A stretch of DNA of 64,000 nt. Origin: a candidate division FCPU426 bacterium (GTDB taxonomy: Bacteria; Oederibacteriota; Muellerivitia; Muellerivitales; Muellerivitaceae). The stretch spans positions 54,196 through 118,195 of the forward strand of contig PLFD01000013.1 of assembly GCA_003136635.1 (NCBI GenBank), written 5' to 3'. Made by a program: the position numbers and the translations under genes. Positions 19,276-28,519 of the stretch are shown piece by piece (within the stretch, counting starts at the first letter, position 1; each line of letters opens with the position of its first letter). The notes under the pieces are model-generated. The model was not told where the DNA came from. It saw only the letters and a list, made by a program, of their open reading frames with translations, and made no database searches.

Positions 19276-19641
19276 ATGGAAAAAGTTTTGAGTTTTGTGG
19301 GCCGTTTTATTTTCGCTCTTCCCTTTTTACTTTTTGGGGCCAACCACTTAATGAGCGCGGATCAAATGGCGCCGATGGTGCCGGCTTATATTCCCGGCGG
19401 AGTTTTTTGGATTTATTTCACCGGCGCGGCTATGATCCTGGCGGCTTTGGCCATTATTACGGGAAAACAGGGCCGTGCCGCTTGTTTCGGCTTGGCTGTA
19501 ATGCTTTTGGTATTTATTGTCGCCGTTCACTCACCGGGATTGTCCAACCCGCAGATGAAAATGATGTCGATGATCAATTTACTCAAAGATACGGCTTTAA
19601 TGGGAGCCTGCCTGTTTATGGCGGGAACTTTCAAAAAATAA
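19276..19641 (+). CDS. DoxX-family membrane protein
   Basis: 121 aa and 4 TM helices, with a DoxX-like sequence (FVGRFIFALPFLLFGANHL...). The RBS aaggag is present. Confidence 0.75.
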   Translation: MEKVLSFVGRFIFALPFLLFGANHLMSADQMAPMVPAYIPGGVFWIYFTGAAMILAALAIITGKQGRAACFGLAVMLLVFIVAVHSPGLSNPQMKMMSMINLLKDTALMGACLFMAGTFKK

Positions 19642-19666
19642 GGTTTCATGGTTTACAGTCAATTTT

Positions 19667-19697
19667 TAAAAGCCGGTCTTCGGGCCGGCTTTTTTAT
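19667..19697 (+). terminator. Rho-independent terminator after the DoxX gene
   Basis: Hairpin aaaagccggtcttcgggccggctttttt followed by T6. Confidence 0.6.
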
Positions 19698-19740
19698 TTG
19701 GGGGTTTATTTTTTTAAATAACGCTTTATCCTAGGCCCCC

Positions 19741-20628
19741 ATGGCAACCGTTCCCCTTTCCCATCAACCGATCCCTTCTTTCCTCATCAACCCCAACCCC
19801 AAATACCCCTTTCGCGAGGCTATCGCCAAGCTCCCAATGAACGGCATTCATACCATTTGTGAAGAAGCAAAATGCCCCAACCGGGGTGAATGTCTGCCCC
19901 AGCATGGGACTATTTCGATTATGGTCATGGGTTCTATTTGTACCCGAGGATGCCCCTTTTGCGCGGTCACCACGGGCCGTCCCCAGCCTCTGGACGAAAC
20001 CGAACCCCAAAAAGTGGTCGATATCGCCAAAGCTTTGGCGGTACGTTATCTGGTCATGACTTCCCCGAATCGGGATGAATTGGCGGATGGCGGCGCTTCC
20101 CAATTCGTGAAAATTACCGAAGCCTTGAGAGCTTTTAATCAGGATCTGAAAATTGAAATCCTGGTACCGGACTTTGAAGGGAAAGAAGTTTCTTATCAAG
20201 TTTTGCTTCAAAACCCTCCGGATGTCATCGCCCATGACCTTCAAACCATTCCCCGGCTTTACGGGCCTATCCGTCCGGGCGCCAAATATGAAAGATCTTT
20301 AAACCTTTTTCGCTGGTTCAAGACCCATACAGACTCTTCAAAAGTCATGCTCAAAGCGGGGCTTATGGTCGGCTTTGGTGAAACCGCAGAAGAAGTCAAA
20401 GAAGTCTTACGCGATGCGGTTGACGCCGGAGTGCGTTTTTTCACCATCGGGCAATATCTCAAACCGCCAGGGTCGACGCTGGAAGTAACCGAATATGTTC
20501 CCCTGGAACGTTATAACCATTGGACCGAGTATGGAAAAGAAATTGGTCTTAACGTGCAGGCCAGCCCCCTCACCCGTTCCAGTTATCTGGCTGATCGCTT
20601 GTCTTCTACTCAAACCAAACCCTTTTAA
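19741..20628 (+). CDS. lipA: Lipoyl synthase
   Basis: Both cluster motifs are present: CEEAKCPNRGEC and the radical-SAM motif CTRGCPFC. The length is about 295 aa. Confidence 0.9.
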   Translation: MATVPLSHQPIPSFLINPNPKYPFREAIAKLPMNGIHTICEEAKCPNRGECLPQHGTISIMVMGSICTRGCPFCAVTTGRPQPLDETEPQKVVDIAKALAVRYLVMTSPNRDELADGGASQFVKITEALRAFNQDLKIEILVPDFEGKEVSYQVLLQNPPDVIAHDLQTIPRLYGPIRPGAKYERSLNLFRWFKTHTDSSKVMLKAGLMVGFGETAEEVKEVLRDAVDAGVRFFTIGQYLKPPGSTLEVTEYVPLERYNHWTEYGKEIGLNVQASPLTRSSYLADRLSSTQTKPF

Positions 20629-20677
20629 CCACCAAGACGGTTCTTGACCTTGCGGGTGAACCGCACAAAAATACGTC

Positions 20678-21475
20678 ATGGTTTCCAATCCTCCCCCAAA
20701 ACCCAAACATCCTTTTTCTTTCTATCTTCTTCCTTTCATTTTGCCCATCCTTCTCATAACCGTATGGCAACTCGCCAGCAATCTGGATTGGCTCCAGTCC
20801 TCGATCCTCCCTTCACCCCTCGTCATCGCTCAAACTCTTCTGGATTTGTTGAAATCCGGCGAACTGCTGAAAAACATTGCGGTCAGTTTGCTTCGGGTAC
20901 TCGAAGGTTTCGCCATCGGTGCCGGTTTGGGACTGATTGCGGGTTTGATCATGGGTCTTTCCCGATCGATGGAACGATTGCTTTCCCTCATCACAGGACT
21001 TTTACGGCCCATCCCCACTATCGCCTGGATACCGGCTCTTATCCTTTGGATGGGTATCGGGGAATCTTCCAAAATCACGGTCATTGCCGTCGGCAGTTTT
21101 TGGCCCGTTCTTTTAAGCGTCATTCAGGGTGTCCGCAGCACCGACCCGAAATATCTGGAAGTGGCCCGGATTCTGGAAAAAGACCGGGTAACCCTTCTGA
21201 CTAAAGTCATTATTCCCTCGGCTCTTCCCTCGATTTTTACGGGCTTACGGATAGGCATGGGCATCGCCTGGGCCAGTGTGGTGGGGGCGGAACTCATCGC
21301 GGCATCCTCCGGTATCGGCTTTATGATCATGTACGCGCGGGAAGTTTCCCAGCCGGATGTCATGCTGGTGGGTGTCGCGGCCATCGGCTTAACCGGTCTT
21401 CTGATCGATTTTCTACTGCTCCAACTTCAACGCCGTTTATTGAAATGGAATAGCGTCTGGGGCGGTGAATCATGA
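20678..21475 (+). CDS. ABC transporter permease (SsuC/TauC nitrate-sulfonate-bicarbonate family)
   Basis: It has 6 TM helices and a BPD_transp_1-type EAA loop. It is followed by an ATPase and a substrate-binding protein with overlapping junctions. Confidence 0.8.
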   Translation: MVSNPPPKPKHPFSFYLLPFILPILLITVWQLASNLDWLQSSILPSPLVIAQTLLDLLKSGELLKNIAVSLLRVLEGFAIGAGLGLIAGLIMGLSRSMERLLSLITGLLRPIPTIAWIPALILWMGIGESSKITVIAVGSFWPVLLSVIQGVRSTDPKYLEVARILEKDRVTLLTKVIIPSALPSIFTGLRIGMGIAWASVVGAELIAASSGIGFMIMYAREVSQPDVMLVGVAAIGLTGLLIDFLLLQLQRRLLKWNSVWGGES

Positions 21476-22248
21476 CCAAACCCATGTCCCTGAAAATCGA
21501 AAATTTGACCAAGCATTACAGTCTTCCTCAGGGCGATCTGGCTGTCTTGACGGGCGTCGATTTAACCGTTCAACCTGGCGAATTTATCAGCATCGTAGGC
21601 GCCAGCGGCTGCGGCAAAAGCACCCTACTTCGGCTTATCGGCGGATTGGAGCAAGTCTCGGAAGGCCGGATTCTTTTCGACGAAACGCCGATTCAAAACC
21701 CGGGGTTGGACCGGGGCATCGTGTTTCAGGAATCCCGTCTTTTTCCCTGGTTTACCATTGAGGAAAACATCGCTTTCGGCTGCCGAAAAAATTTAGTCGA
21801 AAGTGAAAAACAACAGATAGTTCAGGATCACATAAAACTGGTCGGGCTTTTGGGTTTTGAAAAGGCCTATCCCCATCAACTTTCGGGCGGCATGCAGCAG
21901 CGAACTGCCATCGCCCGGGCCCTGGTCAGCCGTCCCCAAATACTGCTGCTGGATGAACCCTTCGGTGCGCTGGATGCCTTGACCCGTATCCAAATGCAGC
22001 AGGAAATTTTAAACATTTGGCAGAAAGAAAAAATCACGGTCATCTTGGTGACCCACGACATTGACGAAGCCGTTTTTCTGGGGGACCGCGTTTTGGTCAT
22101 GTCCAACCGCCCAGGAACATTTAAAAAAACCTTATCCGTGCCTTTAGCCCGCCCGCGGGACCGTAACAGTGCGGCCTTCTTGGCCCTGCGTAAGAAAATT
22201 TATGACGAATTCTTTTCAAAGAAAAAAACAGGGGGCCGTTCGCGATGA
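21472..22248 (+). CDS. ABC transporter ATP-binding protein (SsuB/TauB-like)
   Basis: Walker A GASGCGKST, signature LSGGMQQR and Walker B LLLDEPF. Confidence 0.85.
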   Translation: MTKPMSLKIENLTKHYSLPQGDLAVLTGVDLTVQPGEFISIVGASGCGKSTLLRLIGGLEQVSEGRILFDETPIQNPGLDRGIVFQESRLFPWFTIEENIAFGCRKNLVESEKQQIVQDHIKLVGLLGFEKAYPHQLSGGMQQRTAIARALVSRPQILLLDEPFGALDALTRIQMQQEILNIWQKEKITVILVTHDIDEAVFLGDRVLVMSNRPGTFKKTLSVPLARPRDRNSAAFLALRKKIYDEFFSKKKTGGRSR

Positions 22249-23195
22249 TCAAAACCATTCTAAGCCTCATCGTTCTGTCGGGATTCGTTCCCCTTTCCTA
22301 CGGCCAAACACCGGTCGTGGTCCGCATCGCGTACCAACCCACCAGTTCCGCCATTCTATTGGGCAAAGCCAAAGGTTTTTACGATCAGTCCTTTGCCAAA
22401 GAAGGCGCCAAGGTCGAGTACGACCTTTTTCTATCCGGCCCCTTAGCGGTAGAAGCCGCCGCGGGCGACCATGTGGATTTACTTAATGTCGGCAACATAC
22501 CCCCCGTCATCGCCCGAGCTAACGGCATCGATGTAAAAGTTATCGCCAAATCCGCCTTCAATCCCGCCACCAATGCCGTTCTGGTTTCACCCAACTCCTC
22601 CATCCAAACGATTGAGGATTTGAAAGGCAAGAAAGTCGCGGTCCAGGTAGGCTCCAGCGTTCATTATTTTCTTTCCCAGGTTTTGGCCCAGAAAGGTCTG
22701 ACCCTCGCAGATGTCCAATTGGTTAATCTGCCGGGGCCGGACCAGGGTCCCGCTTTGGAAAGCGGTAACGTGGACGCCATCGTGCTTTGGATGCCTTACC
22801 GAACCCAGTTGGAAATGGCGGGAAAAGCGCGGGTGCTGGTGGATTCGGCCCATTTTTCCGGCGGCATCGGCGTTTTTATGGTTCGAAACGAGTTTGGAAA
22901 ACAAAACCCCAAACTGGTCCAATGCTTTTTAAAAGCCACTAAAGAGGCGAACAACTATTTAAAAAAACATCCCCAGGAAGCCCTCAAATTATTAGCGGCC
23001 AATAGTCAATTTCCCGCGGCCATTTTGGCGAAAAGCCTGGAGGGGTTTGATTGGTCGATGGGAATCACGCCAAAAGATGTAGAAGCGATGAATGGGATTA
23101 AACAATTTTTGAAGTCCACCCAAGTGATTCGAAAAGATTTTGTCATTCAGGAACTTTTCGATACAAGTTATTACCAGCAAGCGGGCCTGCGTTAA
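22245..23195 (+). CDS. ABC transporter periplasmic substrate-binding protein (NMT1/SsuA-like)
   Basis: A signal peptide and a roughly 315-aa NMT1-like fold. The operon order is permease-ATPase-binding protein. Confidence 0.75.
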   Translation: MIKTILSLIVLSGFVPLSYGQTPVVVRIAYQPTSSAILLGKAKGFYDQSFAKEGAKVEYDLFLSGPLAVEAAAGDHVDLLNVGNIPPVIARANGIDVKVIAKSAFNPATNAVLVSPNSSIQTIEDLKGKKVAVQVGSSVHYFLSQVLAQKGLTLADVQLVNLPGPDQGPALESGNVDAIVLWMPYRTQLEMAGKARVLVDSAHFSGGIGVFMVRNEFGKQNPKLVQCFLKATKEANNYLKKHPQEALKLLAANSQFPAAILAKSLEGFDWSMGITPKDVEAMNGIKQFLKSTQVIRKDFVIQELFDTSYYQQAGLR

Positions 23196-23524
23196 TGACA
23201 GTTTATTCCGATTCACTTCACCATGTGGTGGTTTATGTTACCGAGCGAAAACCTCTTTTAGGGGGCGAACTCAAAACGCTGACAGAACACAGCCTCCGCA
23301 AACTCCCCACACGCTTCCCGGGTCTCAAAATGATAGACGCCGCCGTTCACCCCGACCGGGTGGAACTCCTGCTTGATTTTCAGCGAATTGATGAAGATGT
23401 GCTTCGGGTGGTTCAATCGTTCAAAACCGAGGTCAAAAACCTCGCCAAAAAAAAGGGTTTTGAGGGCGATTCTTTCTGGCAATGGCAGTTTGACGATGAA
23501 TGGATTTCAAAGCCGGCGCCTTGA
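23195..23524 (+). CDS. Inactivated IS200/IS605-fold (TnpA/Y1-transposase-like) protein lacking the HuH and catalytic Tyr residues
   Basis: It aligns to IS200 TnpA: HHVVVYVTERK versus YHIVFAPKYRR, HPDRVELLLDF versus ADHIHMLLEIP, and FWQWQFDDEW versus FWCRGYYVDT. The His pair and the Tyr are replaced. Its start overlaps the upstream stop (TAATG). Confidence 0.6.
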   Translation: MTVYSDSLHHVVVYVTERKPLLGGELKTLTEHSLRKLPTRFPGLKMIDAAVHPDRVELLLDFQRIDEDVLRVVQSFKTEVKNLAKKKGFEGDSFWQWQFDDEWISKPAP

Positions 23525-23645
23525 ATTAAGTTTTTGAGACTCCATCACCATCCTCACTATTAAATGGGAAAGGGGCTTTCATCCCGGATAGTTTTGTGGG
23601 TAAACTCTTCTCAAGATTAAGTTTTAAAAATGAGGAGGAAAGACG

Positions 23646-24014
23646 ATGAAGAAACTTTTCGCAATGGGAATCGCCGCCCTGTTTTTGGCGATGGCTCAAG
23701 TTACTTACGCGGATGACGCCGCTACAGCCGCGCCAGCTGGCAAAGCCATGAATTTCACCGTAGTGGACGTAGCCTGCTATATCAGCAAGGGCGCTTACGG
23801 TCCGGACCATCAAGCTTGCGGCAACAAGTGTGTCAAAGCCGGGGGCGAATTGGCTTTGAAGAATGGTGAAAATCTTTATATTCCCGTGACTAGCGATTAC
23901 AAATCGGCCCGCAAGCAGTTTGTTAAAAAATGCGATACCGATGTCACCGTCACCGGTAATGTGGTCAGCAAGGGCGGCGTGAATTATTTTGTGATTAGCG
24001 ATAACGCGAAATAA
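23646..24014 (+). CDS. Secreted Cys-containing hypothetical protein
   Basis: Signal peptide MKKLFAMGIAALFLAMAQVTYA, 4 Cys residues, a strong RBS gaggagga, and a terminator downstream. Confidence 0.5.
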   Translation: MKKLFAMGIAALFLAMAQVTYADDAATAAPAGKAMNFTVVDVACYISKGAYGPDHQACGNKCVKAGGELALKNGENLYIPVTSDYKSARKQFVKKCDTDVTVTGNVVSKGGVNYFVISDNAK

Positions 24015-24038
24015 GACTATTGTTGTCGACGTTGTTTG

Positions 24039-24072
24039 AAAGGCTTCGGATTAAACTCCGAGGCCTTTTTTA
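24039..24072 (+). terminator. Rho-independent terminator
   Basis: Hairpin aaaggcttcggattaaactccgaggcc followed by T6. Confidence 0.6.
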
Positions 24073-24082
24073 TGAAGTGTGC

Positions 24083-25495
24083 TTATTTCGGTTCATATTC
24101 AGCCATCAGTCTGGTTCGAAGGTTCATTAATTTCTGGCTGGTTCCCACTTTATAAGTATGCGGGTTTTCAAACCGTTTTCGTTCAGGCGAAAGCTTGGCC
24201 AGCCGTTCTTTCGCGTAAGCCGCCGCTTCTTTCACCGTCAAGTGGGTCAGCGTCTTCCCCTCTTCCATGACCTTATACAAAATATTTTCGGGATAGCAGT
24301 GCGCCACGCGGCTTTTTTGATCGGGAAAGAGCGGATGATAAATATATTCGGTGGCCTTTTCGTCCTCTAAAAGAATTCCATCGCCGTAAAAAAACCCATC
24401 CGGGTCCGTATAACGCACAACTTTTTTAACGCCTGGCAAAGAGGTCTTAGCCGGATTTTCCGATATTTTCAGACAGGGTTTCCCGTCGTAATGGCTGAGC
24501 TTATAAACCCCGTCCAAAGCTGGCGTGTCCTGTCCGGTTAAAAGGCTCGTTCCCACACCGAACACATTAATCGGCGCGCCCTGATCATGAAGACTTTTAA
24601 TAATGGTTTCATCCAATTGATTGGAAGCTACTATCTTCACATAGTGAAGGTCCGCTTGATCCAGCATGGTTCGGGCCCGCTTACTCAAATAAGCCAGATC
24701 CCCCGAGTCCAACCGAATACCCACCAGCCGATGGCCTGCTTGCTCTAATTCCTTCGCCACAATGATGGCGTTGGGTATTCCGCTTTCCAGCGTGTGGTAG
24801 GTATCCACCAGAAAAATAGAACGATCCGGATAAATTTTGGCGAATTCACGGAAGGCTGTCAGTTCATCGGGAAAACTTTGAATCCAGGAATGGGCCTGCG
24901 TGCCCGAAGGAGAAAGGTGATAAAGAAAGGAGGCATAAACATTCGAGGTTCCACTGACCCCGCCGATGGCGGCGGCCCGGGAAGCCTGAATGCCGCCCAG
25001 CCCCTGGGCCCTTCGAAATCCAAAGTCAATTACCCGGCGGCTATGGGCCGCCGCAACCATTCGGGAAGCCTTGGTCGCGATGAGGGATTCAAAATTAATA
25101 AAGTTGAGAAGCAGGGTTTCGATCAACTGGGTTTCTAAAAAGGTGCCTTCGACCCGAAGAATAGGCTCCAGGGGGAAAACCACTTCCCCTTCCCGAACCG
25201 AGTAAATCTTGCCTTTGAACCGGAAGTTTTGAAGATAGTCCAGAAAAGGCTTTTGAAACCCCAACTCCCTTAAATACTCCAAATCTTCCTTTTCAAACTT
25301 CAAATCTTCCAGCGCTTCCAAAAGGTCCGCCAGCCCGGCAAAGATCACGTAGCCACCCTTGAAAGGGTTTTCGCGGAAGAAGTAATCAAAAACGGCGGGT
25401 TTGTCGGCGCGGCCCGTTAAAACAAACCCTTGCGCCATGGTCAGTTCATAAAAGTCGGTATAAAGGCCTGAGTGTTTGGGAATGAGGGATGACAT
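24083..25495 (-). CDS. pncB: Nicotinate phosphoribosyltransferase
   Basis: An NAPRTase-family sequence (LYTDFYELTMAQGF...) of about 470 aa. Confidence 0.85.
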   Translation of the reverse strand: MSSLIPKHSGLYTDFYELTMAQGFVLTGRADKPAVFDYFFRENPFKGGYVIFAGLADLLEALEDLKFEKEDLEYLRELGFQKPFLDYLQNFRFKGKIYSVREGEVVFPLEPILRVEGTFLETQLIETLLLNFINFESLIATKASRMVAAAHSRRVIDFGFRRAQGLGGIQASRAAAIGGVSGTSNVYASFLYHLSPSGTQAHSWIQSFPDELTAFREFAKIYPDRSIFLVDTYHTLESGIPNAIIVAKELEQAGHRLVGIRLDSGDLAYLSKRARTMLDQADLHYVKIVASNQLDETIIKSLHDQGAPINVFGVGTSLLTGQDTPALDGVYKLSHYDGKPCLKISENPAKTSLPGVKKVVRYTDPDGFFYGDGILLEDEKATEYIYHPLFPDQKSRVAHCYPENILYKVMEEGKTLTHLTVKEAAAYAKERLAKLSPERKRFENPHTYKVGTSQKLMNLRTRLMAEYEPK

Positions 25496-25504
25496 GGATA
25501 GACC

Positions 25505-26509
25505 CTATTCTTCGATTTCGGTTAAAAATGATTTGACCGTATTTTCATTAATTTCGCCACCTTTTGAAAAAATGGTTTTCAATTCAGAAAAGTCAAAATC
25601 ATACGGATTTCGAATGTGGGAGGCTGTTAATTGAAGTAGAGCAGATGTGGTTAAAAGAACGGTCGTTACGTTTGTTTGCTCTCGAATATCTTGAACTGCT
25701 TTTTTGCAGTCCGAATTGAAAGACCGCGCCACAAAAACAAAAAACAAAGTTTTAATTCCCTCTTTCTCAAGGGATTCTCGATAGTCACCAATATATCGTT
25801 CCGCTTTCCGTCTATCGTTGGCATCAATCGAATAACCATCTTTATGCGATTTAGCGTCGCCAATAATGGCGTAATGGTCTTTAGGTCTCTTAGCAATAAA
25901 ATCAGGATTTTCACCTTGGCCTTGTCCTAAAAGGTTGGTTTTAAATCCTAGTAATTGAAAAGCTATACCCACTTGGGTTTCAAAATCGTTTGAGTCGTCT
26001 GTATCTTCAAGGTTTTTAAGAACTGGCGGCACAAACAAATGAAAATCTTCGAGGTGAGTGGTAATAACATTTGTCATTTCTTTTTCATCGGATTTCGGAA
26101 GATAAACTAAAACATCCGCATATTCAGGTCTATCTTTGGCGAAGTCTTTAAAACGAAGAGGAATTTCAGAAAATTTACAGTTAAATTTATATTGAAAGGT
26201 TCTACCGATCGGCTGAAATTTGTAATAACTCCATTCAGCCTTAGATGGCGGATGTTTTAATTTATAAAGTATGTCTGAATATGACTTCCACATTTGTTCT
26301 ATTGGAATTAAAGGAATATCTCGAACTGTGGAACGAGGCTCGAACCCAGATTCTGTCATTAAGTTACTAAAATTAAGAAATAATTTTATAAGGTAATGAT
26401 TAGTTACATTTGTTTCTGAAATGAATTCTTCAAAAAAAGGTGGTCGACCTTTAATGCCCGCTAATCGCTTCATTTCTTGAATACAGTATTCTTTGGTAAT
26501 ATCGGCCAT
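25505..26509 (-). CDS. Two-domain protein: unknown N-terminal domain (~180 aa) plus C-terminal FokI-like (restriction-endonuclease-fold) cleavage domain
   Basis: The C-terminal half aligns to the FokI catalytic domain across the active site: PDFIAKRPKDHYAIIGDAKSHKDGYSIDANDRRKAERYI versus PDGAIYTVGSPIDYGVIVDTKAYSGGYNLPIGQADEMQRYV. The downstream helices also align (FFVFVARSFNSDCKKAV... versus FLFVSGHFKGNYKAQL...). The gene is much more AT-rich than its flanks. Confidence 0.7.
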   Translation of the reverse strand: MADITKEYCIQEMKRLAGIKGRPPFFEEFISETNVTNHYLIKLFLNFSNLMTESGFEPRSTVRDIPLIPIEQMWKSYSDILYKLKHPPSKAEWSYYKFQPIGRTFQYKFNCKFSEIPLRFKDFAKDRPEYADVLVYLPKSDEKEMTNVITTHLEDFHLFVPPVLKNLEDTDDSNDFETQVGIAFQLLGFKTNLLGQGQGENPDFIAKRPKDHYAIIGDAKSHKDGYSIDANDRRKAERYIGDYRESLEKEGIKTLFFVFVARSFNSDCKKAVQDIREQTNVTTVLLTTSALLQLTASHIRNPYDFDFSELKTIFSKGGEINENTVKSFLTEIEE

Positions 26510-26569
26510 TTATTATTCCTGGATCAATTAAAAACTGAACCTATTTAGAACTTTAATATAGCAGGTTGT

Positions 26570-28519
26570 TTATCGGCAGAGCCACTGGGGCAAAGCCATG
26601 GTGAGGAACGGGATATAGGTAATCGCGAAGACCATCAGATGCAAAATGATGTACATCGGCAGAACCGCCATATACACCTCGGTCATGGGTTTCTTGAAAC
26701 GGTAGGACGACAGGAAAAGGTTCAGCCCCAGGGGCGGCGCCAGAAAGCCCAGTTCCATATTGGCCAAAAAGATAATCCCCATGTGTACCGGGTCTACCCC
26801 AAAAGCGGCGGCCATGGGCATGAGGAGCGGCACCACCACCACGATAGCGGCGAAAATCTCCAGCAGGCTTCCCACCACGATCAGCATTATGTTGACCATC
26901 AACAGGAATACCCATTGCTGATGAACCGTGTCATGGACCCATGCGGCCAGGTGTGCGGGAACCTGGGCGTCCACCATGTCGTTGGTAAAACCGAGCGACA
27001 CGCCGAGGATGAGAAGAACCCCGCCGACCAGGATGCCGCATTCGGTGATGACTCTCGGCACATTCTTGAACTTGAGTTCGCGGTAAATAATCACTTCCAC
27101 TACAAAAGCGTAAAGGGCGGTGAGCGCTGCGGATTCGACCAGCGTGACCTTGACGATGAAGAGAAAAAAGAAAACCACAAGGGGCAGTAAAAGTTCCCAC
27201 TTGGCGGCCCAGGCTGAGGAGAGGGCTTCTTCCTTATGGAAAGGATGTTTGGAAGCCTGGGCTTTGGAACCCTTCACCACACCCCACCAAGCGGTGATGA
27301 CCAACAGCAGTATTCCCGGCACCAACCCTCCCAGAAACAACTGGTCGATCGGCGTGTGGGAAACTACCCCGTACAAAATAACCGGCAGACTGGGTGGAAA
27401 GAGCATACCCAACGAACCGGCGGAAGTTAAAAGACCCAAAGCATCCCGCTCTTTATATTTTTCAGCGATCAGGATGGGCATCAACAACCCGCCCAAAGCC
27501 AGGATGGTCACACCTGAACCGCCGGTGAAACAGGTAAAAAAAGCGCAGACCAAAGCGGTTACAATCGCCGGGCCGCCCCGCAGTGAGCCGAAGAAAGCCT
27601 GAAATACCCGAAGTAGACGTTGGGACGCGCCGCCCTCAGCCAGAAAATAACCCGTGAGGGTAAATAACGGAATAGTTGGAATAGTCGGCGAAACCACCAT
27701 GCGGTAGGTTTCGGCGGGAATGGAATCGATCGGGGTGTCAGAGTTCCACAAAAAGATCAGGGCTGCGCCGCCCAAAACCAGAAACACCGGCATGCCCAAA
27801 ACCACCGCCACCATCAACAAGCCAAAACAAATGTAAATAAAAGTTTCCGAGGGACCATGAATAATCGGCCCCAGTGACGCCAACCCCACCGCGACTGCCA
27901 GCGTCAATAACCGAAGGCTGTTTTTATCTGAAACGCGCCAGATCATACGGGCCAAAATCATGCTGAAACCCACGGGTAAAAAGAAAAGGATGAACCATTT
28001 GGAGATGCCGATGGCGATGATATCGCCGACGCCTTTTTCGATCATCGAAAACTGGAAACTGGCTTTGACCAGATAAGCGGTGATGGCCGCGCCCAGGGCG
28101 GTCGTTATGACACGGACAATGGTTTTATAACGGTCGGGTATCATGCTGGCGGTGGTCGCCAGCTGCAGCAGTTTGCCTTCCCTCGCCGCGATGGCCCCGC
28201 CGAACATCATGATGGCCAGAGTAGCGTGCTGAACCAGGGCCAGCGAGCCGGGAATGGGGGATACGGGGACGAAGTTAAAATAAGCGTGCAGTTTGCGGCT
28301 GACGATATCCAAAAGGGGCAGGACCATCATGGTCGCGAAGAAAAAGGTTAAAAGAAGGTTCTCGCCGTAGTGCCAGAAAGCAGGCTTGGCAGGTGCCTCG
28401 CCGGGATGGGCCATCACGCTGTCGTGAACTTCGGTGGTCGGCACCAAAAGGGCTTCTTGCTCCCCCGGAGCAGGAAGTTTAGGCGCGCGCTTTTGGCCCG
28501 AACGTTTTGGGGAAGCCAT
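26570..28519 (-). CDS. TRAP transporter fused small/large permease (DctQ-DctM fusion)
   Basis: A roughly 650-aa polytopic protein. The N-terminal region of about 4 TM helices is DctQ-like and the C-terminal region is DctM-like. It lies directly upstream of the DctP-like gene. There is an N-terminal Pro/Ala-rich extension, so the start is uncertain. Confidence 0.8.
   Translation of the reverse strand: MASPKRSGQKRAPKLPAPGEQEALLVPTTEVHDSVMAHPGEAPAKPAFWHYGENLLLTFFFATMMVLPLLDIVSRKLHAYFNFVPVSPIPGSLALVQHATLAIMMFGGAIAAREGKLLQLATTASMIPDRYKTIVRVITTALGAAITAYLVKASFQFSMIEKGVGDIIAIGISKWFILFFLPVGFSMILARMIWRVSDKNSLRLLTLAVAVGLASLGPIIHGPSETFIYICFGLLMVAVVLGMPVFLVLGGAALIFLWNSDTPIDSIPAETYRMVVSPTIPTIPLFTLTGYFLAEGGASQRLLRVFQAFFGSLRGGPAIVTALVCAFFTCFTGGSGVTILALGGLLMPILIAEKYKERDALGLLTSAGSLGMLFPPSLPVILYGVVSHTPIDQLFLGGLVPGILLLVITAWWGVVKGSKAQASKHPFHKEEALSSAWAAKWELLLPLVVFFFLFIVKVTLVESAALTALYAFVVEVIIYRELKFKNVPRVITECGILVGGVLLILGVSLGFTNDMVDAQVPAHLAAWVHDTVHQQWVFLLMVNIMLIVVGSLLEIFAAIVVVVPLLMPMAAAFGVDPVHMGIIFLANMELGFLAPPLGLNLFLSSYRFKKPMTEVYMAVLPMYIILHLMVFAITYIPFLTMALPQWLCR

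Noticed and set aside
24083-26509. A functional link between pncB (NAD salvage) and the FokI-like nuclease as an NAD-related defence pair
   Set aside because: pncB has normal GC and housekeeping character while the nuclease gene is a separate low-GC insertion. Adjacency looks incidental; I did not merge them into one system.
26639-27602. Plus-strand ORFs (26639..27190, 27120..27602) and minus-strand ORFs 26553..26915 / 26931..27200 overlapping the TRAP DctQM gene
   Set aside because: They are out-of-frame shadows of a GC-rich membrane-protein gene; the His/Arg/Gly-rich translations have no coding character.
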